A stretch of DNA of 64,000 bases from the NCBI GenBank assembly GCA_017454675.1, contig JAFTCN010000063.1, forward strand, positions 16,316-80,315, in the 5' to 3' direction. Positions 37,088-44,500 of the stretch are shown here, piece by piece. The notes beneath the pieces were generated by a model. The model did not search any database and had not been told where the DNA came from. It saw only the letters and a list, made by a program, of their open reading frames with translations. Position 1 is the first letter of the stretch; the number at the start of each line of letters is the position of its first letter. The stretch comes from Clostridia bacterium (GTDB taxonomy: Bacteria > Bacillota > Clostridia > Oscillospirales > CAG-272). Both the position numbers and the translations under genes were made by a program.

Positions 37088-37495
37088 ATGCCCGGAGCAA
37101 GAAAACTCGGCAGGCCCACAGCTCACAGAAACGCCATGCTGCGGGGGCTTGTCACCTATCTTTTCAAATACGGCAAGGTCGAGACAACGGCGACCAGAGC
37201 CAGGGAAGTGAGCTCGGTGGCGGAGAAAATGATCACGCTCGGCAAACAGAATACGCTTGCCAGCCGCCGCGCCGCTCTTTCATATATCACCGAAGAAAGT
37301 GTCGTGACCGATCTCTTCGAGAAGATCGCGCCCCGCTATGAGGACGTAAACGGAGGTTACACCGCCATTTACAAAACAGGTCCCCGCCGCGGAGACGCTG
37401 CCGAGATGGCAGTGATCACGCTCGTTCCCACCAAAGAGGAGCTCGAGGCTGCCGCCAAGAAGTCCTCCAAGGGAAAGAAACCGGAATCCAAATAA
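37088..37495 (+). CDS. rplQ: 50S ribosomal protein L17
   Basis: ...RKLGR...HR.AMLR.L...L...G..ETT..RA.EV....EKMITL.K.... Confidence 0.96.
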   Translation: MPGARKLGRPTAHRNAMLRGLVTYLFKYGKVETTATRAREVSSVAEKMITLGKQNTLASRRAALSYITEESVVTDLFEKIAPRYEDVNGGYTAIYKTGPRRGDAAEMAVITLVPTKEELEAAAKKSSKGKKPESK

Positions 37496-37521
37496 GATCC
37501 CGGAAGACGAAGACGAAACAC

Positions 37522-37565
37522 AAAAGTCGCGTCGCGAAAGTACTGCTTTCGCGGCGCGACTTTTG
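37522..37565. terminator. Bidirectional rho-independent terminator (rplQ on + strand, small ORF on - strand)
   Basis: AAAAGTCGCGTCGCGAAAG, loop TACT, GCTTTCGCGGCGCGACTTTT. Confidence 0.8.
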
Positions 37566-37581
37566 TGAAGCCGTCTCTATG

Positions 37582-37824
37582 TCAGTTTTCGGCGTCCTCA
37601 ACTTCGACTTCGACGTCGGAGTCGTCATCGCTGAAGTCGTCCTCATCGAGAAAATCGCAGTTGTCGCAGTCGCTGCTCTTGCAGAGGCGGCATCCGATCC
37701 CGTACTTCTTGAGGATCATATAAACGGCAAATCCGACGGCGGTGATCCCGGCGATGATGCCGAGCGTGATGCCGACGATCTTGGCGTAATTGGGCTTTTC
37801 CACTTCTTTTTTGATCAGAAACAT
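37582..37824 (-). CDS. Small membrane protein with a Cys cluster and a poly-acidic tail (unknown function)
   Basis: 80 aa. TM span IVGITLGIIAGITAVGFAVYMIL, then CRLCKSSDCDNCDF and DEDDFSDDDSDVEVEVEDAEN. AAAGGAGGA precedes the ATG on the minus strand, and the terminator is immediately downstream. Confidence 0.6.
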   Translation of the reverse strand: MFLIKKEVEKPNYAKIVGITLGIIAGITAVGFAVYMILKKYGIGCRLCKSSDCDNCDFLDEDDFSDDDSDVEVEVEDAEN

Positions 37825-37910
37825 TTCGAATCCTCCTTTATTATGTCTGATAATAGTATACCATAAATTCGGGAAAAATCAAGCTATTTTTTCCCGGAGG
37901 CAAGTTTTTG

Positions 37911-37939
37911 TTGTATTAAACGGCAAAATGAGATAAAAT
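37911..37939 (+). promoter_or_regulatory. Possible promoter for prmC
   Basis: TTGTAT (37911-37916), 17 nt, TAAAAT (37934-37939), in an AT-rich divergent region. Confidence 0.35.
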
Positions 37940-38008
37940 ATTATATAGGAGAGTCTTTATAATCCGTTTCAGCCTGTTTTTCCGGCTGAGACCGGGCGTG
38001 ATCTGCAC

Positions 38009-38857
38009 ATGACATACGAAGAGATATGCGGCATCCTCCGCCGCGCGGGCATCGACAGCCCGGAGTTCGACGCCGCCGAACTGCTCTCGCGCTTCTGCGG
38101 GGTAAGAAAAGAGGAACTGATATACAGAAGGAACGACCCTTTCCCGTCGGATGCCCTGGCGATGGCGGTATCGCGGCGGGCAGCCAGGGAGCCGCTCCAG
38201 TACATAACCGGCACCGCCGCGTTTTACGGGCTCGAGTTCGCCGTCGGCCGCGACTGCCTCTGCCCGCGTCCCGACAGCGAAACGCTCGTCGACGCGGCGG
38301 CAAGGGAGTTCCCCGAAGGCGGTCTTGTCGCCGACATCTGCACCGGCAGCGGTGCGATAGCCGTCGCGCTGCTGCACGTCAGGCCCGACCTGAGGGCCGT
38401 CGCGACCGACATCTCGGAGGGGGCCCTGTCCGCAGCGGCGCGCAACGCGCGTAGCTGCGGCGTCGCCGACCGGTTCGAGGCCGTCCGGAACGACGCCCTG
38501 TCGGCCGGCGCCCTGTCGGAGCTCGGGAGGAGATACGGGGGCTTCGACGCCATGGTGTCGAACCCGCCGTACATTCCGGAGGCCGAACTGAGGCGTCCGC
38601 AGCCCGAGCTTCTGTACGAGCCGCGCATCGCGCTCGACGGCGGAGACGACGGCCTCGACTTCTACCGCAGCATCTGCGCGGCCGCCCCCCGCGGCCTGGT
38701 AAAGCCCGGAGGGATCATGATATTCGAGGCGGGGGCGGGAGCCGCGGGGCTCGTCGCTGCCGTCGGGACAGACTGCGGGCTGGAATTCCGCGGGACGGAG
38801 AGCGACATTTCGGGGATCGCCCGGGCGGTAATGCTGCGCGTTCCCGAACGCGGGTAG
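38009..38857 (+). CDS. prmC: Release-factor glutamine N5-methyltransferase
   Basis: 282 aa; REPLQYITG..F.GLEF.V......PRPDSE, the DICTGSGAIA SAM motif and the NPPY catalytic motif (VSNPPYIP). Confidence 0.85.
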   Translation: MTYEEICGILRRAGIDSPEFDAAELLSRFCGVRKEELIYRRNDPFPSDALAMAVSRRAAREPLQYITGTAAFYGLEFAVGRDCLCPRPDSETLVDAAAREFPEGGLVADICTGSGAIAVALLHVRPDLRAVATDISEGALSAAARNARSCGVADRFEAVRNDALSAGALSELGRRYGGFDAMVSNPPYIPEAELRRPQPELLYEPRIALDGGDDGLDFYRSICAAAPRGLVKPGGIMIFEAGAGAAGLVAAVGTDCGLEFRGTESDISGIARAVMLRVPERG

Positions 38858-38892
38858 CCGCAGGCCGCCGAAACACCGGATCAATACGCAGG

Positions 38893-38983
38893 GCACAGAT
38901 GCCTGGCAGGGAAGCTGAGCACAGATGCCTGGCAGGGAACCTGAGCACAGATGCCTGGCAGGGAACCTGAGCACAGATGCCTG
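38893..38983. repeat. 3.5 tandem copies of a 26-bp unit (GCACAGATGCCTGGCAGGGAASCTGA)
   Basis: Units at 38893-38918, 38919-38944 and 38945-38970, plus a partial unit at 38971-38983, in the prmC-cimA spacer. Each contains the near-palindrome CCTGGCAGG. Confidence 0.9.
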
Positions 38984-39053
38984 AAACAGATACCGGGCGA
39001 AAGACCGGCGCCCGCGGAAACAGGAAACGATCCAAAGAGAGGAAACCGGAAAA

Positions 39054-40658
39054 ATGAAGATCGAAATATACGACACGACGCTGAGAGAGGGATCTCAGAG
39101 ATCGGGAGTCTTCTTTTCGGAATATGAAAAGGCAAAAGTCGCCGGATGTCTCGACATCCTCGGCATCGACTACATAGAGGCGGGATTTTTCGCCCCGTCG
39201 ACCGCCGACTCCCTCTGCCGGTTCGCCAGAAAGTACGGCGGGAGCCTGAAGGCGGGACTGTCGGTGCTCTGCGCGACCTGCCGTCCCGGAAGCGAGGCCG
39301 GGAGCGACCCCGTGCTGCGCAAGCTCGCGGAGTCCGACTTCGGAACCGTCGCGATAGTCGGGAAGGCCTCGCTCTTCCAGGTCTCGACGGTCCTTGGGAC
39401 CTCGCCGTCGACCAACCTCGACATGATAAGGAGCACCGTCTCGTTCCTGAAGCAGGCCGGCAAGCGGGTCATCTTTGACGCGGAGCATTTCTTCGACGGC
39501 TGGTCCTTCGATCCCGGTTACACGAGGTCGGTGCTGGAGACCGCCGCTTCGGCCGGCGCCGACAGGATAGTGCTGTGCGACACCAACGGAGGTATGCTGC
39601 CCGACGTCATAAGCATAACAGTCGAATCGGTGAAGAAGGTAACAGGCGGGGTGCCGGTCGGCATCCACTGTCACAACGACATCGGAATGGCCGACGCCTG
39701 CAGCGTGGCGGCCGTCCTGGCCGGAGCCTCGCACGTGCAGTGCACCGTTTCGGGCATCGGCGAGCGCTGCGGCAATGCCAATCTCTCGACCGTCGTCCCG
39801 ACTCTCCAGCTGAAGCTCGGATTTGAATGCGTGCCTCGCGAGTGCATGGAGAAGCTCGCCCCCGTCACGAGGGACATATGCCAGACCGCCAACCTCGGTT
39901 TCGACGAGTGCGCTCCCTTCGTCGGAGGCCATTCGTTCCTGCACAAGGCGGGACTGCACATCGACGCCGTCCGCAAGGCGCCCGATTCGTTCGAGCACAT
40001 CGATCCTTCGCTCGTCGGCAACCGCAGGAGCATGATAATCTCCGAACTTGCCGGCAGGTCCGCGATCTCGGAGCTGCTCGGACGCATGGGCTACGAAGCC
40101 GGAAAGAATTCGCCCGAACTCGACAGGGTCGCCGCGGCGATCAGAAAAGCCGAGTCGGAGGGATATATTTTCGACAGCTCCGAGGCGTCGCTCTACGTGC
40201 TGATAAACAAAACGCTCGGGACTCAGCCGCGGCCTTTCGAGATGAAGGACTACAAGCTGATCTTCTCGGCCGACGAGCCCGCGTCGAGCCGCTGGACCGC
40301 GATCGTCAGGTTTTCGGTCGGCGGACGCGAACAGCTCAGAGTCGGAGAGGGCGACGGTCCCGTCAACGCGCTCGACATCGCGGCTCACCGCGCGCTCTCC
40401 GGCAGCTTCCGGAAGATCTCCGGTATCAAGATGTCCGATATCAAGGCGAGGATCGATGCGAACGACAGCGCCGCTTCGGCCTCGACTGTCAGAGTGTTCG
40501 TTGAGACGTCAGACGGGAACGCGGTCTGGCGGACGATGGGGGCGTCCACCGACATCATTGCCGCCAGCTGGGCGGCCCTGCTCGACGCCTACGAGTATTT
40601 CATCCTTCACATCTGCGGCCCATCCGGAACGACGAAGAGACCGAAGGAGAAGATCTGA
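39054..40658 (+). CDS. cimA: Citramalate synthase (LeuA/CimA family)
   Basis: 534 aa; MKIEIYDTTLREGSQ..., HCHNDIGMA and a C-terminal LeuA-dimer-like regulatory domain. The family call is firm. CimA versus LeuA is judged from the length and N-terminus only. Confidence 0.75.
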   Translation: MKIEIYDTTLREGSQRSGVFFSEYEKAKVAGCLDILGIDYIEAGFFAPSTADSLCRFARKYGGSLKAGLSVLCATCRPGSEAGSDPVLRKLAESDFGTVAIVGKASLFQVSTVLGTSPSTNLDMIRSTVSFLKQAGKRVIFDAEHFFDGWSFDPGYTRSVLETAASAGADRIVLCDTNGGMLPDVISITVESVKKVTGGVPVGIHCHNDIGMADACSVAAVLAGASHVQCTVSGIGERCGNANLSTVVPTLQLKLGFECVPRECMEKLAPVTRDICQTANLGFDECAPFVGGHSFLHKAGLHIDAVRKAPDSFEHIDPSLVGNRRSMIISELAGRSAISELLGRMGYEAGKNSPELDRVAAAIRKAESEGYIFDSSEASLYVLINKTLGTQPRPFEMKDYKLIFSADEPASSRWTAIVRFSVGGREQLRVGEGDGPVNALDIAAHRALSGSFRKISGIKMSDIKARIDANDSAASASTVRVFVETSDGNAVWRTMGASTDIIAASWAALLDAYEYFILHICGPSGTTKRPKEKI

Positions 40659-40684
40659 CCTCCTGAACGGCCCGAAAGGAAAAC

Positions 40685-40915
40685 GGCCTGACCCGGGAGC
40701 CCGTTTCGCCAAAGCCTGCTGTGCTGAAGTCCGCTTCGGCAGGGCCTGCTGTGCTGAAGTCCGCTTCGGCAGGCACTGCTGTGCAGAAGTCCGCTTCGGC
40801 AGGCACTGCTGTGCTGAGGCTGTTTCGCAAAAAGCTTGCTTCACAGGGAGTCTGCCTCGCAGGAGCCTGATGTGACGGAAGTCTTCATCGCGTGGAGCCT
40901 GTCCCGCGGGGGACT
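40685..40915. repeat. Tandem array of 30-bp hairpin-forming units (GCCTGCTGTGCTGAAGTCCGCTTCGGCAGG), degenerating outward
   Basis: Near-identical units at 40714-40743, 40744-40773 and 40774-40803. Progressively diverged copies lie on both sides (about 40685-40713 and 40804-40915). Core hairpin is CUGAAG-UCCG-CUUCGG. Confidence 0.85.
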
Positions 40916-40921
40916 GACACG

Positions 40922-40952
40922 AAAAAAAACGGCGCGCGGAAGACCGCGCGCC
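40922..40952 (-). terminator. Rho-independent terminator of tRNA-Arg
   Basis: On the minus strand: GGCGCGCGG, loop TCTT, CCGCGCGCC, then G and a T8 run. Confidence 0.85.
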
Positions 40953-40956
40953 TGAG

Positions 40957-41033
40957 TGGCACCCGTGAGCGGATTCGAACCGCTGGCCTACCGCTTAGGA
41001 GGCGGTCGCTCTATCCATCTGAGCTACACAGGC
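40957..41033 (-). tRNA. tRNA-Arg (anticodon CCU)
   Basis: 77 nt on the minus strand: GCCTGTG TA GCTC AGATGGATA GAGC G ACCGC CTCCTAA GCGGT AGGCC AGCGG TTCGAAT CCGCT CACGGGT G CCA. Cloverleaf folded by hand, with an encoded CCA and a TTCGAAT T-loop. Confidence 0.93.
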
Positions 41034-41044
41034 TGACCTTAGAT

Positions 41045-41073
41045 ATTATATCACAAAATCGGTTTATGTGCAA
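41045..41073 (-). promoter_or_regulatory. Promoter of tRNA-Arg
   Basis: On the minus strand: TTGCAC, 17 nt, TATAAT with a TG extension (TTTGTGATATAAT). The -10 ends 11 nt before the mature tRNA 5' end. Confidence 0.75.
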
Positions 41074-41112
41074 GTTTTATTTCTCATTGCGCGCAGGCGC
41101 GGAGGTCTTGAT

Positions 41113-41898
41113 TTGAACGTTAGAGAATTTTACGCCTATATGTGCGGGAAGATCCCCGCCGAACTCACGCTGACGGGTGACAGGGACGGGATGTCGTGCT
41201 GCCCCGATCCCGGCAGGGAGGTGAACAGGGTCATGATAGCGCTGGACGTCACGGACAGCGTCATCGACGAAGCCGCGGAGGACGGGTGCGAGGTGATCCT
41301 CGCCCATCACCCGATGCTCTACGGGGGGATCGATTCGGTCTGTGCGGACGAATACAGCGGAAACAGGATCATAAAGCTCGTACGCAGCGGTATATCGGTC
41401 ATGAGCTTCCACACGAGGCTCGACGCAGCTGAAGGCGGAGTGAACGACCTGCTCGCCGATTCGCTCGGTCTTGAAGTGATATCGAGATTCGCCGAGAACG
41501 GGATCTGCCGGCTGGGCGTCCTCGATGCGCCGGTCAGCGCGCCGCTCTTCGCGGACAGGATCAGGCAGGCGCTCGGCGCTCCGTTCGTCGAATACTCGGA
41601 CGGCGGAAGACTCATAACGAAAGTGGCGGTCTGCGGAGGTTCGGCAGGCTCGATGATCGGAGAGGCGATCGCTGCCGGCGCCGACGCCCTGGTGGGAGGC
41701 GAGATAGGCTATCACAGGCTTACCGACGGTCCAGGGAACGGGATATCGCTCTTTGCCGCGGGCCATTTCTATACCGAGAACAGGGTGTGCCACAGGCTTT
41801 TCGAACTGACGGCAGAGGCCGGACTCATTCCCGTCATCACCTTCTCGAACCGCATATCGGTCTCGACTGAAGGGGCCGGGTGCGGATACGGCGTCTGA
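41113..41898 (+). CDS. Nif3-like dinuclear metal centre protein (YbgI/YqfO family)
   Basis: ...VMIALDVTDSVIDEA.EDGCEVILAHHPMLYGG..., ...MSFHTRLDAAEGGVND.LA..LGL.... TTG 41113 lies 7 nt after GGAGG; the track start at 41068 overlaps the tRNA promoter. Confidence 0.8.
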   Translation: MNVREFYAYMCGKIPAELTLTGDRDGMSCCPDPGREVNRVMIALDVTDSVIDEAAEDGCEVILAHHPMLYGGIDSVCADEYSGNRIIKLVRSGISVMSFHTRLDAAEGGVNDLLADSLGLEVISRFAENGICRLGVLDAPVSAPLFADRIRQALGAPFVEYSDGGRLITKVAVCGGSAGSMIGEAIAAGADALVGGEIGYHRLTDGPGNGISLFAAGHFYTENRVCHRLFELTAEAGLIPVITFSNRISVSTEGAGCGYGV

Positions 41899-41901
41899 GC
41901 G

Positions 41902-42597
41902 ATGAAAAAGTACAGATGGCTGCTTCTCGACGCCGACGAGACGCTCTTCGATTTCGGAAGATGCGAGCGCGACGCCCTGAGCGGGGCGCTCGAAGCCGCC
42001 GGGATCGGCTTTGACGACCGGGTCCTTGAGAGGTACCACGTCATAAACGACGCGATGTGGAAGAAGCTCGAGCTCGGACTCATCAAGAAGGAAGACTTGA
42101 AATACAGAAGGTTCGACGAATTTCTGGACGGTCTGTGTGACTCCGGGACCGACGCTCACGCTCTGGCCGACGACTACATGGACCGGCTCTCGTCATTCGG
42201 CTGGCTGCTTCCCGGCGCGATGGAGGCGCTGGAGCGGCTCTCTGGGCATTTCGGGCTCTACATCATCACGAACGGCGTGGAGTTCATCCAGCGCCGCAGG
42301 ATCGGTGAGAGCGGCATCTTGCCGCTGCTCGACGGCGTCTTCATCTCCGACGTCATAGGCGTCGAAAAGCCGGGCGCCGGATTCTTCGACGCCGTCGCGG
42401 CCGGCATACCGGGCTTTGACCGGGACCTCGCGCTGGTCGTCGGAGACTCGCTTTCGTCGGATATCAAAGGCGGCGCCGCGTACGGGATCGACACCTGCTG
42501 GGTCAACAGAAAAGGCGCCCCGCTGCCGGAGAACTGCGGGATGATAACATATTCGGTACCCGGGATCGGCGCGCTGCCGGAACTGCTGGGATGCTGA
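41902..42597 (+). CDS. HAD-superfamily hydrolase (YjjG-like nucleotidase type)
   Basis: LLDADETLFDF (DxDxT motif I), ITNG, and GDSLSSDIKGG (motif IV). Confidence 0.7.
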   Translation: MKKYRWLLLDADETLFDFGRCERDALSGALEAAGIGFDDRVLERYHVINDAMWKKLELGLIKKEDLKYRRFDEFLDGLCDSGTDAHALADDYMDRLSSFGWLLPGAMEALERLSGHFGLYIITNGVEFIQRRRIGESGILPLLDGVFISDVIGVEKPGAGFFDAVAAGIPGFDRDLALVVGDSLSSDIKGGAAYGIDTCWVNRKGAPLPENCGMITYSVPGIGALPELLGC

Positions 42598-43583
42598 GAG
42601 ACAGTACACGGAGAACGGATTTGAGACCTGAATATTATTCGGAAAAGATCCGCGCCCTTGAGGCCGGGCTTTCGAAAAACGGAATTGAATACGAGAAGGA
42701 CCTGCCGATGTCGTCCTGCTCGACATTCAGGATCGGCGGGCCGGCCGATATAGCGGTATCGCCGCGTACGGCGGAGGAACTGGCTCTTTCCGTCATGCTG
42801 GCGAAGAGCGCGGGACTGCCTTTCCATGTCGCAGGAAACGGCTCGAACATGCTTTACGACGACGAAGGCTTTCGCGGAGTCCTCGTACAGACGCAGAAGC
42901 TGCGCGGTATCGGCCTTGACGGCTGCGTGCTCACCGCCGGATGCGGGGCGTCGCTCATGAGAGTGACCCGCGCGGCGGCCGCGGCGGGGCTGTCGGGCTT
43001 CGAATTCGCCTACGGCATACCCGGGAGCGTCGGCGGAGCGGTGTTCATGAACGCCGGAGCCTACGGCGGACAGATCGCCGACATCTTCGCCGGCTGCTCG
43101 GTGCTCGACTCGTCCGACGGGACGGTGAGACGACTCACGCCCGCCGATATGGACTTTTCGTACAGGCACAGCGTCCTTGCCGCCAGGCGGGACCTCGTGC
43201 TGCTCGAGGCGTCGTTCAGCCTTGATGCCGCCGGCGGGACTGTCGGCGAGATCACGGGCAGGATGCACGGGCTGATGGAGCGGCGTATCGAAAAACAGCC
43301 GCTCGACCTGCCGAGCGCGGGGAGCGTTTTCCGCAGGCCGGCTCCCGACATCTACGTCGGGAAGCTCATCGAGGACTCGGGGCTCAAGGGGGCCTCGGCC
43401 GGAGGCGCCGCGGTGTCGGTCAAGCACGCGGGGTTCATCGTGAACACCGGCGGAGCGACGTCGGCCGATGTCACTGAACTGATAAAGAGGATAAAGGAGA
43501 GGATCGCGTCGGATCACGGTGTGGTCCTCGAGTGCGAGATAAGGCATCTGTCTCCCGACGGTACCGAGGAGCCGGCGGGATGA
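42591..43583 (+). CDS. murB: UDP-N-acetylenolpyruvoylglucosamine reductase
   Basis: ...SSCSTFRIGGPADI..., GNGSNML, FAYGIPGSVGGAVFMNAGAYG and AGS.FRRP motifs. The ATG overlaps the upstream stop (ATGCTGA). Confidence 0.92.
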   Translation: MLRDSTRRTDLRPEYYSEKIRALEAGLSKNGIEYEKDLPMSSCSTFRIGGPADIAVSPRTAEELALSVMLAKSAGLPFHVAGNGSNMLYDDEGFRGVLVQTQKLRGIGLDGCVLTAGCGASLMRVTRAAAAAGLSGFEFAYGIPGSVGGAVFMNAGAYGGQIADIFAGCSVLDSSDGTVRRLTPADMDFSYRHSVLAARRDLVLLEASFSLDAAGGTVGEITGRMHGLMERRIEKQPLDLPSAGSVFRRPAPDIYVGKLIEDSGLKGASAGGAAVSVKHAGFIVNTGGATSADVTELIKRIKERIASDHGVVLECEIRHLSPDGTEEPAG

Positions 43584-44491
43584 GCGGCGGGTTCACCGAA
43601 GAGGTCCGCGGCGAGATCATGTCGAGACTGCCGGCGGCGAAATGCTGCCGCACGGCGATGCTGTGCGGCCTGCTCGTGAACGCCGAGGCGGGACTCGACG
43701 GCTCTGTGATGTACCGGCTGACATCGGCTGAAGCGGCATCGACCGCGGCGAAGTTCATAAAGTCGATCTTCGGGAGCGAGACGTCGACGTCGGAGATCAA
43801 CTGCTACGGGCGCCGGGTGTATGTCGGGGTGACCGACGGTGAAGGCGTCGCGGATCTCGTGCGGAGCATGTCGGAACCGGCCGGGGATGCAGTCGCGAAG
43901 TGCCCGAACTGCGGAAGGTATTTCATCTCTGGACTCATCATGTCGTCGGCCACCTTCGGAGACCCCGGAAAGAGCCCCCGGGCCGAGATCAAGATAAATG
44001 ACACGTCCGCCGCGGAGAGGCTGTCGGGTTTTTTCTCGGAGGAGGGTATGAGCCCGTCGGTGTCGTCGAGAAAGGGAACGGGCAGCCTGCTCTTCCGCCG
44101 GGCGGAGGACGTCGAGGCGCTGCTGGCCTTCGGAGGCGCGAAGAACTGCGCCATGAAGGCGATGCAGGGGAAGCTCGTACGCGAGTTCCGGGCAGACGTC
44201 AACCGCAGGTCGAATTTCGAATTCAACAACATAGGCCGCACCGCCGGCGCCGCCGGCGAACAGACGGCCGCGATAAGGAAGATCGCCTCGGCCGGCCTGC
44301 TGGACACGCTTCCCGAAGGGCTTCGCGAGACCGCGAAGCTCAGGCTCGACAATCCCGAGGCGCCGCTCTCGGAGCTCGCCTCGATGCACTCGCCTGCCAT
44401 CAGCAAGTCGGGGCTCTCGCACAGACTGGCTAGGATCGCCGTGATAGCGTCTGAGCTGGACGGCAGGAACGGGCATTCCCGGAGATCATAG
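43580..44491 (+). CDS. whiA: DNA-binding sporulation/division regulator WhiA
   Basis: MSGGFTEEVRGEI......CC..A.L.GL.... N-terminus and a C-terminal HTH (LSELASMHSPAISKSGLSHRLARI). ATG 43580 overlaps the murB stop. Confidence 0.85.
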   Translation: MSGGFTEEVRGEIMSRLPAAKCCRTAMLCGLLVNAEAGLDGSVMYRLTSAEAASTAAKFIKSIFGSETSTSEINCYGRRVYVGVTDGEGVADLVRSMSEPAGDAVAKCPNCGRYFISGLIMSSATFGDPGKSPRAEIKINDTSAAERLSGFFSEEGMSPSVSSRKGTGSLLFRRAEDVEALLAFGGAKNCAMKAMQGKLVREFRADVNRRSNFEFNNIGRTAGAAGEQTAAIRKIASAGLLDTLPEGLRETAKLRLDNPEAPLSELASMHSPAISKSGLSHRLARIAVIASELDGRNGHSRRS

Positions 44492-44500
44492 GTGTGATAA

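Noticed and set aside
38893-40915. CRISPR interpretation of the two tandem-repeat arrays around cimA
   Set aside because: The units are contiguous with no unique spacers, the periods are 26 and 30 bp, and no cas genes are nearby.
40957-41112. tRNA-Arg as an integration hotspot carrying a mobile element
   Set aside because: No integrase, transposase or phage-like ORF lies on either side. The flanks are cimA and ordinary housekeeping genes, and I saw no duplicated tRNA 3' segment.
40892-41116. 74-aa plus-strand ORF
   Set aside because: It is antisense to, and entirely explained by, the tRNA-Arg gene and its promoter.
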